DNA of 64,000 nucleotides. Source: Gracilinanus agilis. Taxonomy: Eukaryota. The stretch covers positions 544,677,913 to 544,741,912 of the forward strand of contig NC_058130.1 in the NCBI RefSeq assembly GCF_016433145.1. Reading direction: 5' to 3'. Shown here in pieces: positions 53,351 through 64,000 of the stretch. The translations under genes and the position numbers were made by a program. Below the pieces are notes generated by a model. The model made no database searches. It was given only the letters and a program-made list of their open reading frames with translations, and was not told where the DNA came from. How positions within the stretch are numbered: the first letter of the stretch is position 1; each line of letters begins with the position of its first letter.

Positions 53351-55146
53351 ATACTAACTATAAAAGTTAACTATAACTATAAAAAGTAGAAAAGTAGAAC
53401 TATACATACATATATTATCTCATTTGATTGTGAGGGGAGGGCTATAATTATCTTCATCTCACAAATGATTAAACAAGCTGAGAAACATTCAGTAACTTGA
53501 CCAGAGTCAAATTTGGAGTTGTCTGATAAATATCTGAGTCAGGATTTGAGCTCAGATCTAACCTGACTACAAGTCCAGCATTCTAGCCAATGTTCCACCT
53601 ACATACCCCCAAAAAGATGATAGAAAACAAAAATTAGGTGTCTCTGAAATCTTAATATAAGACAAAGGGAAAATTTGATTTTTAAAAATTTGATTTACTT
53701 AGGGTAACACATTTTATGTGATTAATGTACTAATTAAGGCAAGAAATAGGATTTGCTCCACAAAGGCTTGTTATTTACATTTTTTTCACCACTGGATCCT
53801 GTATTCCAGGATCCCTTGCACTATTTCAGAGTTGAAAAAGTTTATTATTTATTTATATTTTTATTGCTTGTTGTATACTATATATTAATATATTTATTGT
53901 ATTTATTATAATATAAAATTATTAATAATAATGCTCTTTAATATTTGCCTAGGGCTTCTTACTAATTAGCTTAGGCTACTTTACCAGTATTAAGTGGTAT
54001 CACTTTTCATCATTTTCTGTCAGTGCAAGGAAAAGTTGAGGCAGGAGAGAGCTATACAAGGCTAAAAACAGTCCATTCATCCCCTGACCTGCTCTGACAG
54101 AACGTGAAACAGGGAAGTTCAAATGGTAAATTGCCCCAGAATCTTTTTTGCTTTCCATGCTCTAGAAAGGATAGGAAGATAGGGGGGAGTCACCACCTAA
54201 ACACACACACTAGAGGGTGCTCTTCCCCTTCCTATGTCATGCCTTAGGCTCCATTCCTGGTCAACTACAAGCCTGCCTTTTGATAGACAGTGCCCACAGG
54301 AATTTGGGTGTCCAGAAACCCCTATTGTGGAGGGGTCATCTGACCCCAAATAGATACTTTAATGTGCAATAATTAATAATATATTCAAACATTCAATGCA
54401 ACTGAATCTCATAGCTTTATAGTTTTATGTTATAATTTATGTTTGCTCTAAGGCAAACTTCTAAGTAGTACATTGAACTGAGGAACTTGGGAGTTGGAAA
54501 AGCTTGAGTTCAAATCTTACCTGAGACACTGACTAGCTGTAGACTATAGACAAGTTATTTAACCATTGTGTGCCTCAGTTTCCTCATCTGTAAAATAAAG
54601 ATAATGGAACCTATTTCACAGGGTTTTTGGTAGGGTTAAATGAGATAATATGTGTAGAATACTTTGTAAATCTTAAAGTTATATAAATGTACATTGTTAT
54701 AATTATCTTAGATTTTTTAAACTCTTGGGTTTTTGTTTTTCCTATAACAATAGCTAGTAAGCATGTAGGTTTATAATGCACTTCACAAATATTATCTAAT
54801 GATGCTTACGACAACCATGGGAAATAGATGCTATTATTAGACCCCAACAGATGAGGAAAATGAAGTTGAGGGGGATTAAATGACTTGTTCTGAGTCACAC
54901 AACTGATATCTGAAGCAGGAACTGACCACTGGTCTTCCTGAATGCCACCTAGTTGTCTTTGAGATCTGCTTGACCAATGGCCACTTCTGTTCTATCTAAA
55001 TAGATGGTAGGAGCTGCTCTGTGAACTGCTGAGAAGGCAAAGAAGAACAGTTTGGGAAAATAGCTTAGAAACATTCACTTTAAAAATCAGCAGGTACTGA
55101 GGCACTGGACACTGAAATGGCCCGTTATTTTCTCCCCTTTGATTAG

Positions 55147-55362
<216 letters not shown>

Positions 55363-58300
55363 TAAATTCCCTTCCAGCTCCAAAGTGGGGTAGGGATTGG
55401 GGGGAGTAAGTTAACAGAAGGGGATATAGAGGAAGAACAGGGGATGATTCCATGAAAGAGGTGATAAAAAGCAGTAGCTTGGCCAGCCATCATTTGAGGG
55501 TAGAGAACTATTTAACTAAAGTTGCTATGAGAGCAACACAACATTAAAAAGAGCTGTGTGATCCTGGACAAGTCACTTACCCCCAATTGCCTATACCTTA
55601 TGGCTCTTCTGCCTTAGAATCGGTACATAGTATTGATTCTAAGATGGAAGGTAAGGGTTAAAAAAAAGAACCAGCTAAAGACCCCCAGTATGTTGGCTAT
55701 ATCCCCACTGGAGGATTAATAGAATGGCCTGAAAGACAAGAATCACTCAGGGTAAGAGTGCATGAGCTCCAGTTTCTTATCATTTGTACCAATGGCTACA
55801 CTAGCCATGGCCATGATCCAAATCCAAGCCAAATCTATTGAAATATGTTAGAACAGGCGACAGAGATGTCCGATTTGATGTCAACACTCAGAAATCTGTT
55901 ACTGAACAGGGATATTATCCTGTTTTTGGTGCTAATGATTTTATATATTTAATGCTTCGATAGCTTATTGCTCTTCATAATCTACATGGGCTATTTACAT
56001 AACTCTATAATACTATTGCTAGAAAATAGCAATAAGATTTCAGTCATTCTTCAGTTTTTTTTCCCCTTTCAGAGCCAAGACTCTCCTTTTCACTCTTACC
56101 TCACCCACTCTCACATACATGAAACTGATTCTATTTGAGAGAATACTGTCTAGGCACTGAGGCCCCCAGGCAGGATTCATAAGTGGAGTGGTAACCTACA
56201 TACTTTCTTTAATATTTCAGGGAAGTGTAAGTTGATCGGTAGGGGCACTTCCCCCTTTTATTCCTTAGTAAATAGCATTCCCACGTTGCCATTGCTGGAA
56301 AATTCATCCCTTGGCAGCCAAACAGGTAATGAGCCTCTCTGAACTTAGTTAGGTTTTCAGCTGGAAGACTGGGATCTCCCACTGGAAGCACACAAAACCT
56401 TCCCAGCTTGAGAGAACTTGCCACAGATCATATTTTGCTGGCATAGCCTTGAAGTGCCCTGGGTGACTTCAAAATTATTATGAAGCATCAAAAGAGCACT
56501 CAAGACTACCCTAGTCTCAGTTTGAGAGATGCCTGTCTATTTATCCTGAATTTATCTTTCCTTTCCTGCAAGACTTGACATGAGCTTGATGGCTGAGATT
56601 TCATACCCCATATTGGATGCCAAGGGAAATCAGAACCGCTTCTTCCTGGCCAATGTCACACCCAATTACATCAAAAGTAATCCCTGGGATAAATAAGGAG
56701 CCAGGTTCACTTGGCTCTCACCTTAACTGGATCTGCAAGGCTTTTGTGATTGCCTCCTATGTCTAATCCATCCATAGTATATTGTAAAGAATAGACCTTA
56801 GGGTTAACTAACCAGCAGTGTGATACAGTGCAAATCATTTAACCCCTTACTTAATTTCCGTTTCCTTTCTGCAAAATGTGTGGTTTGAATGAGATGAATC
56901 CTTCAATCATTTCCAGCTCTGACATTCTTTAATTCTATAAAATACTTCCAAAGGTTATCACCGTAATTACTTCTAGCCCAGCTAAGTGTAGATGCAGACT
57001 AAATTGATCAAAATACAGGGGGGTTGTTTGTTTGTTTGTTTGTTTTTTAATATTTGCTCTCAGCATTCTGGCAAAAATGTTTTTACAAGCAAAGTTGAGC
57101 CTGACAAATGATCAGTGGTAATTGTGTTTACTCTTTTCTTCCTAAAACTAATTTTTGTTATTGTGTCATTCCAAGAATCTTTCCTTGTTATTCCAAGAAT
57201 CTTTAATGAAAAGAACAACCATCTGTTAAATAAGCATATCTATGCCTAGTCCAATGTTGTAGCAATGTGGGCACAATCCACCTCTCTGCTGAAAAGAAGT
57301 TAGCCAGTTGACTCATTTTAACATAAACCCCTTTCCTAGAATTCACTTCCTCCACTATTCTTCCTCTTAAGATTCCCTAGTTTTCTTCAAAGATCTACTC
57401 AAGGGCCATTTCATATTATGAGGTTGTTGGGTTTTTTTTATTAACCCCCCCCAAGCTATTAATGGCTGCCCCTAAAATTATCTCTTATCTACCTTGATAT
57501 GTGAATTTCCCCAATAGAATGCAAACTCCTTAAGGACTAGAACTTTGTTTTATCTTTGTCATTTTATCACTAACACCTAGCACAGTACCTGGTACATAGA
57601 CTTTTTTAAAATGTTGGCCAAAGTGAAAGGAATAATTTGAATGTTTGCTTAAATTCCCTATTTTGCTTTGCTGTTGGCAATACCTAATCAAGAAGGAAGG
57701 TAACCATGGTTTTCTATTCTTACATAATTACTGCTTGGAAAACAAAAGACTGGGGTAAAATGTATCCTTCAGGCCAAAGCTGGTTTTCAATGTGAATTTT
57801 GCAGGTAATTTTCTTAACTTTGCTCCTTAACTCCCTGCTTTTTTCATGCTCAATTCTATCTCCTTTTTCTCTCATTTCCCTTCCCTCCCTGGTCCTCACT
57901 GCTGCTTCTGATTTACTTAGCTTCTAGCCGGGGTCCAAGAACTGAACTGGGTAGTGGAGGGTCCTCCAATAGTGCCATGGTCTGCTATTTTATGTCACTT
58001 GCCAACTTGAATCATTTTAACAGTGCAATAAATATTTCTGATGCTGAAAATTCAAAAAATGTGGAGGACTAGCTTAAGTTTATTTTTACTTGTTCCTTGG
58101 CTTCTCCTTGTTTTTAAGTGAAGTAATAGCGTTCCTCTATAGATAAGGTGGGGAGCTGGAATGTGATGAGGGAGATGGAAGATCCCCAAACACGATAAAG
58201 AGATGGTGCTGCAGTGCAATGGGAAGAGTAGTGGGTGGTCAGGGCATCCGTAGTCATCAAACTAGTTGTGACCCTATTGCATTGCCCCCATTCAGCTGAT

Positions 58301-59517
58301 GTTTTGGCTTAGCTGTATGGATATGTACAGATGTAGGTAAAATAGGAGGGTATACATGTGGTCTGCTTTCAGAGGCATTCAGAATTTATTACAAAAAACT
58401 AGATTTAGATCCAATTTGGCTAATTTCTACCCGTATAACCCTGGGCAAGTGACTTTCTCTGAACCTCAGTTTCTTCATCTGTGAAACAAGGAGAATAAAA
58501 TACATGATCTCTAGAACATGCCTTCCAATTTTAAATCTATGATCTTGTGGATGAAACTAAAAAGTCCTAATTTCCCAAAAGATTTGAGAGTTCTTTGGAG
58601 GCCATTCTGTAATGCTGTAGCACTGATCTTTCCTTTCCACAGTCATTTGGCTGTGTAGCTTTCAGTGGCCAAGGCATCCCCTGTCATCAAATGTCAAGGC
58701 CCTTTTGTATAGTCCCAGGTCTGCTAATGTTCTAGCTTGGGTAATAGGGATATCTACAGATGTAGGTAAAATAGCAGGGTACATGGGTGGCCTTCTTTCA
58801 GAGGTGCTCAGGAAGACCCCTTTGCCTCCCCAAATACCTCCCTTGCTAACTTGTTGATATCAAAAATCCAACAATTACTTTCTTTAATTTGGCTTAAACT
58901 AAACATTGCCTTTGATTCCTGATTAAAAATGTAAGTACTCTTGGTAGAAGTAACATATCAAGCTTTATAAACTATCTACACCTCAGAGTGAACATCTTAC
59001 CTGGTTCTTTCCTAAAGGTTCGTTTTTAAAGGTTAGAGTCATGTTCCTATGGCATGCATGCCCGAGTGTGCTGGAAGGGGCTGCTCCCCTTCCCCTCTCC
59101 ACCGTGCCAAAGGACATTTCCCCCATCACCCACTCCTCTGTCCAGCAGCCCAGTGGGAGCGCTTCTTCCCTCCCCTGTCAGGAGGGAAGGTGGGGGGCTC
59201 ACATGTGCTGTGAGGGTTGCAGTTTGGGCACTCAGTCTCTAAAAGGTTTGCCATCACTCAGTTAAAGCAGTAGAGAAAAAAAATATTTACAAAGGATTGA
59301 GGACTGGGAGCATATGCCTTAGAAGTAGAAGAAAAGGGTTGAAGACAATTTTAGACTTCTTAATATAATTTTTTCTGAAAATCTGCTAGTTTTCTTGGTA
59401 TTCAAAAATTCCATTCTTGTGGTTCTTTAGTAGTGCCATTAAACTTGAGCCAATTTTGCATCATGGGGACTCTAAGGGCAGAACTTCATTTGAATTTAAT
59501 TCTACCTAAAACATTTT

Positions 59518-59713
59518 TTTTTAATCTTACCTTCTGCCTTAGAATCGATATTAAGTATCAGTGCTAAGGGAGAAAAGGAATAAAGATAGGCAATTGGGGT
59601 TAAGTGACTTGCCCAGGGTCACACAGCCAGGAAGTGTCTGAGGTCAAATTTGAACCCAAAATCTCCCATCTCCAGGACTGGCTCTCTATCCACTGAACTA
59701 CTTAGTTGCCCCT
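59518..59713 (-). mobile_element. SINE1_Mdo-like SINE in CLUL1 intron
   Basis: Full SINE body on the minus strand, ending ~80 bp upstream of the 59795 acceptor. Confidence 0.85.
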
Positions 59714-59795
59714 AATGTGGGCATTTTAAATTTTCCTGATAGGTAGGGTCTAGAATGTAAGGTGAGAATTTGATTCCATTTTTATTCCCCTACAG

Positions 59796-60228
59796 ATTAA
59801 AAGCTTTTTCAAGAAAATACCTCAGTTAATTTTTCCTTTTCATGAGGATGAAGCAAAAGCACTTCCTATCATTGGAAAGCCAGATGAGGAAGATGCTCAG
59901 CTATCCCAGATGGAGGGTGCATTCAGCCAACTGTCCGTGGATGTGAACACGCTATTCAACAGGAGCACTGATGTCTTCAAACAGATACGGCAAGAATTTG
60001 ACCAGGCTTTCCAAACATATTTCATCTCAGACCCAGACTTAACAGAGCCCTACTTCCTACCAGTTTTATCAGAGACAACCCCCCAAAATACAAGTCTTCT
60101 GAAAAGCTGGGAGATGCCTAATTTCTTGCAGCTATTTTTTGATTTCAGCAAATCAGTTTTCATAGGTATTAGTGAAATGATTACTGAAATGCTGAAAGGA
60201 ATGAAGGATTTACCAGAACAAGTAAAAG
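59796..60228 (+). CDS. CLUL1: CLUL1 fourth coding exon (433 nt; IKSFFKKIPQLIFPFHED...LFNRSTDVFKQIRQEFDQAFQTYFISDPDLTEPYFLP...DLPEQVK)
   Basis: Acceptor tttttattcccctacag ends 59795; open frame; strong similarity to the recalled human CLUL1 central region (FPFHED, DAQL-QME--FSQL-VDVN-LFNRS, FISD-DLTEPYF). The end at 60228 assumes the GC donor AAAG|GCAAGT (phase 1). Confidence 0.93.
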
Positions 60229-60552
60229 GCAAGTATTAAAAAATCAGTTTAATGCTATTATCATTACCAATATCTAGTCTTGGGGAGAGTAGTAAATGTT
60301 ACAATTTTGAATAGTTCATGAAATGAGAGGATCATAGATTTAAAGCTGAAATGAGCCTTAGAGGTTATCCAGTTCAACACCCTAATTTCATAGCTGAGGA
60401 AACTGAGGCTCAGAAAAATTAAGTGATTGACTCAAGGCCACACAAGCTATAAGTGGCAGAGTCAGGATTCAAATCCAAGATCCTTTGATTCCAAACTAGC
60501 ACTCTTTCTACTATCCCAATGCCTCCTTATTTATTATTTCTGAAATGTCATT

Positions 60553-61604
60553 TGATGGTTAAGTGATTTTCCCCAAGATTTTTACATTAAATAACTCCCT
60601 TTCCCCTCACCCAGTTTATTTATTTGGGTCCGAATCCTAAGCAAAGTGGGTAAATCACAAGTAGTCATTCCTTTAGGATAAGACACTTCAGCCTGATTGG
60701 TTGTGAACTGAAGGCCCATATACCTTCTTATAGACTGACTTATACTTCATGCCATTTGGGGAATAAGTCAGTACAAATATACTCAGCCTAGAAAGAACAT
60801 GTTAGTGAAAGAAGGAATTCGTACCTTCTACACGTCTTATTAATTCAGAATACGTCCCTCCCTTCTCCAACTCTCTCCTGATGGACTTTTCCTTGAACAA
60901 AGACTGAAAAAGAATTCATCAAAAATAACTAATACACCTAGTTCCCTCCTATCCATAGTTCCCTTAGTCCAGTGAAGGTATAGTGGGAGAACTGATCAGG
61001 AAAACTTGGGCCGGAAGGGACACTTCTTCAGAAATGCCAGGCTCCAGTAATTAGCTTAAAAAGAGAAAAAAATCTATTAAGTCTAATTCAAGTTGAATTA
61101 TTAGGTTGAATGGCCAGGGAGGCAGGAGCAGGTGGAATACCTCCTCCTGGAGATGAAATTTCAGATACTTATATCCTCCTGACAGCACGTGTGGGGAGAT
61201 GGGATGATGGTGGGATGATGGAGTGATGTCTTTGGGACTCTGGAACTGGAGATGGCCATGTGCTTATGTCTTGTGCTTCAAAGTCAAAGGGGGTGAAATT
61301 GTCCAGTTTGGGGGATGGTTAGATATCTGAGCTCAAAACAGATGCTTATCAGAAGCAAGCTGGGAAATGCCTATCTGAGTTCATCAAGAATGAGGGGAGA
61401 AGCCAGAGGGGATATTCCTCTCAGCTCAAAGTCACCTTCCTTCAGCACTGCAGGAATTCAAAGGAAAATGGATTCTTTATGTATTCTCTGATCTGGAATA
61501 CCTTTGGGGTTTGGGGGTGTCTAGAAAGGCCCATACCCTCATATCAAAGGGAGGGAGGTATATTTCTCCTAATTTTTCTGGGGTCAAGCTTGGTAATTAT
61601 ATCA
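60553..61604 (-). mobile_element. Long LTR-like element in CLUL1 intron, antisense
   Basis: TG...CA ends, minus-strand AATAAA (TTTATT at 60615-60624), G-rich LTR-like interior; no TSD seen. Confidence 0.45.
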
Positions 61605-62039
61605 TGAAGGACTCAGTTTTGCTTTATTGTTCTTGTCATTTAAATCACTGTGGCCTTGGTTAATAGTTACTTTTCTGAGTACTGCACTCATACAATTCTT
61701 TTTTTTTTTCTTTGTGATCTTCTCTAGACACTGTTTGGAGTCCTTAATGTGAAGTTCAAGAAATATTATAGGTAGAACTTTAATGTCCTCCACTGCTTCT
61801 TCTGAGTCATAATGCAGGATGAACAGTGAGGTTTAGAAGAAACAAGACTAGATCTGGAATTTGAGTCCATAACTTGAGTTTAAATCCATGTTCTATCACT
61901 AGCTGTGTGACTCTGAGAAAAAGGAATAATCTTTTGGGGTCTCAGTTTTCTCATCTTTAGATGAGAAGTTTGGCACTCATTGAAATCTAACAAAATGTCA
62001 ATCACTGGGGCATGGTTAGTGATGTCTGAGAGGTCATTG

Positions 62040-62340
62040 ATGATGTGAGAAATGCAGAAGGATTGGAAGAAAGGAAGATGTCAAGATTTTTTAAAAAATA
62101 AGAAGAGTCTCAAAGGTATAAGCTTTTGATTCCTAGCAAAATTCTAAAATGTATTATCAAAGGGATGGTTAGTGAGCCTCAAGAAAAAGAAACAGCAATC
62201 ATAAAGAGCCAGTATGGGCTAAATCAATTCCATTTTTTTAGAGGGTTTCTAGGCTTCCAGAAGTGATACACAAAGCTTATCTATATTTTAGGAAGCAATT
62301 GACTAAATCTCTCCGGTTTTTCTTGCAGACAAGTTGATCA
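62040..62340 (+). mobile_element. CR1/L3 fragment
   Basis: cctagcaaaattctaaaatgtattatcaaagggatggttagtgagc...aagagccagtatgggct resembles CR1 RT. Boundaries approximate. Confidence 0.55.
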
Positions 62341-63407
62341 GTAAAGTGTATTTGGAACAGTTTCCATGGCTCAAACCAAAGAGTAATGATAAAAGAATGA
62401 TAAAAGGTCCCTTTAAAAGGAAGTCTTTAGAGAAGTGCGCCTCAGATTTGGCAGTCAGTCAATAAACATTTGCTAAAGTTAGTCTTTGTGTTAAGTGCTA
62501 GACATAACAAAGAAAGGCAAAATAGTCCCTGCCTTCAGGAAGCTTACTCTCTAAAAGGAAAGACAATATGTAAATAAATAGATAAATACAAGATATATAC
62601 ATAATAGATGGAAAGTAATGTCTGTGGGGAAGGCACTATTGACTGGGCTCACAGAGAAAGATATCCTTTGGAAGGAGAGAATTTAGCTGAGGCTTGAAGG
62701 AAGCCAGGGAATCCCAGGGGGAACTGGGGCAGTTTGGTGGCTCTGTGGATTGAGAGCCAGCTGGGGAGGTCTTGGGTTCAAATATGGCCTTAGGCACTTC
62801 CTAGCTGTCTGACTGGGCAAGTCACAGAACCCAATTACCTAGCCCTTACCACTCTTCTCTGCCTTGGAATCAATGCCCGGCATTTAATCTAAGTCTGAAG
62901 GCAAAGGTTTGTTTTTTTTGGTGTTGTTGTTAAATTTTCAAAAAAATTTTAAAGAAGAGAGGGAACCAAGCCTTTCAGGCATGGGAGGGCAGCCAGTACA
63001 AAAGCATAAAGAAAGGAAATGGAATATCATGTGTGGAAAATAGCCAAATTGCTAATGACACTGAATCATAGAGTACATGGAAGGAAGAAGGGTGTAAGGA
63101 TATTGGAAAAGGAGCAAAAATTTAGACTATGAAGAACTTTAAATACCAAAGAGATGACTTTATATTTGATACCAGAGATAATAGGGAGCTCTTAGAATTT
63201 AATGAGGAGGAGAGAGACACTCTCAGATCTGAACCTGAGAAATTGGGAAGCTTGGGAAGCTATATGAAGGATGAGCTGAAGGGGAAGACTTGAAACTGGA
63301 GACCAGATAGAAGCCTATTATTGCATTAGCTTAAAAGAGAGATAGGTGAACTTGTGTGGTAGCTGTGTGAAGGAGAAAAGGAAATCATATCAAAAAAAAA
63401 TTTTTAA

Positions 63408-63600
63408 GGGGGCAGCTAGGTGGCTCAGTGGATTGAGAGTCAGGTCTAGAGACGGGAGGTCTTGGGTTCAAATGTGACCCTAGAAACTTCGTAGCTGTGT
63501 GACTCTGGGCAAGTCACTTAACCCCCGTTGCCTAGCCCTTATCACTCTTCTGCCTTGGAACCTGTACACAGTATCGATTCTATGATAGAAGCTAAGTTGG
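63408..63600 (+). mobile_element. SINE1_Mdo-like SINE inserted in an L2-like region
   Basis: Near-consensus body GGGGGCAGCTAGGTGGCTCAGTGGATTGAG..., CpGs retained. Confidence 0.88.
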
Positions 63601-64000
63601 GTTGTTTTTTTTTAAGTTGCCAGTCTAAGTGATTGGAACAATGATAGTATCCTTGACAGTAACAAGGAAGTTTGGAAGAGGAGCAGGTTTAGGGGGGGGG
63701 GGGGGGAGAAATACTGAATTCTTTTTGGGCTCATGCTAATCTTGAGTTACCTATAAAATATTGTTTGCTATTTCTAATAGACCATTGGTTGTTAAAAAAA
63801 ACATGCTCAGGAGAGAGAAACACTAGGGCTGGATTTATTAATCTGGGAATCATCTGCATAGAGATGCTGATTAAGCCCATAGGAACTGATAAAATTATCA
63901 AGAAAGAGGGAAAATAGATTAGGGTCCAGGACAGAGCCTTGGGGATACATCTCAGGTCATCTCATATTAGCAGGCATGAAATAGATCCAACAAAGGAGAC

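Noticed and set aside
60222-60227. Alternative GT donor CAA|GTAAAA
   Set aside because: Weak consensus and phase 0, not matching the expected phase-1 junction; the GC donor fits better.
63692-63706. Poly-G run (possible G-quadruplex)
   Set aside because: Homopolymer inside an old repeat; may be slippage or sequencing error.
60300-64000. Search for the next CLUL1 exon
   Set aside because: No sequence matching the expected Cys-containing exon; region is LTR, MIR, CR1, L2 and SINE, so the exon lies beyond the window.

Overview
Marsupial genomic DNA, most likely the opossum Monodelphis domestica or a close didelphid, judged from young SINE1_Mdo-like copies and opossum-type L1 3' ends. The only supported gene is CLUL1 (clusterin-like 1, retinal) on the + strand. 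Four coding exons are present (50402-50507, 52035-52183, 55147-55314, 59796-60228; 285 codons + 1 nt, open frame) and the gene continues past the window end. The fourth coding exon ends in a non-canonical GC donor. About 9.4 kb upstream of the ATG exon is a compact cluster of inverted forkhead and CRX/OTX (K50) sites with a consensus splice donor, a candidate photoreceptor promoter/enhancer and non-coding exon. The upstream 50 kb is mostly repeats: SINE1, MIR/CORE-SINE, L1, L2, CR1, about ten LTRs, a Tigger-like MITE and a hAT fragment. The most unusual sequence is a decayed minus-strand ORF at ~9975-10790 that joins a Y-box-type cold-shock domain to a non-YBX, possibly Gag-like N-terminal region. 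A second, unidentified stop-poor segment lies at ~2560-3900. Repeat family names come from recalled consensus sequences and were not checked against a database.
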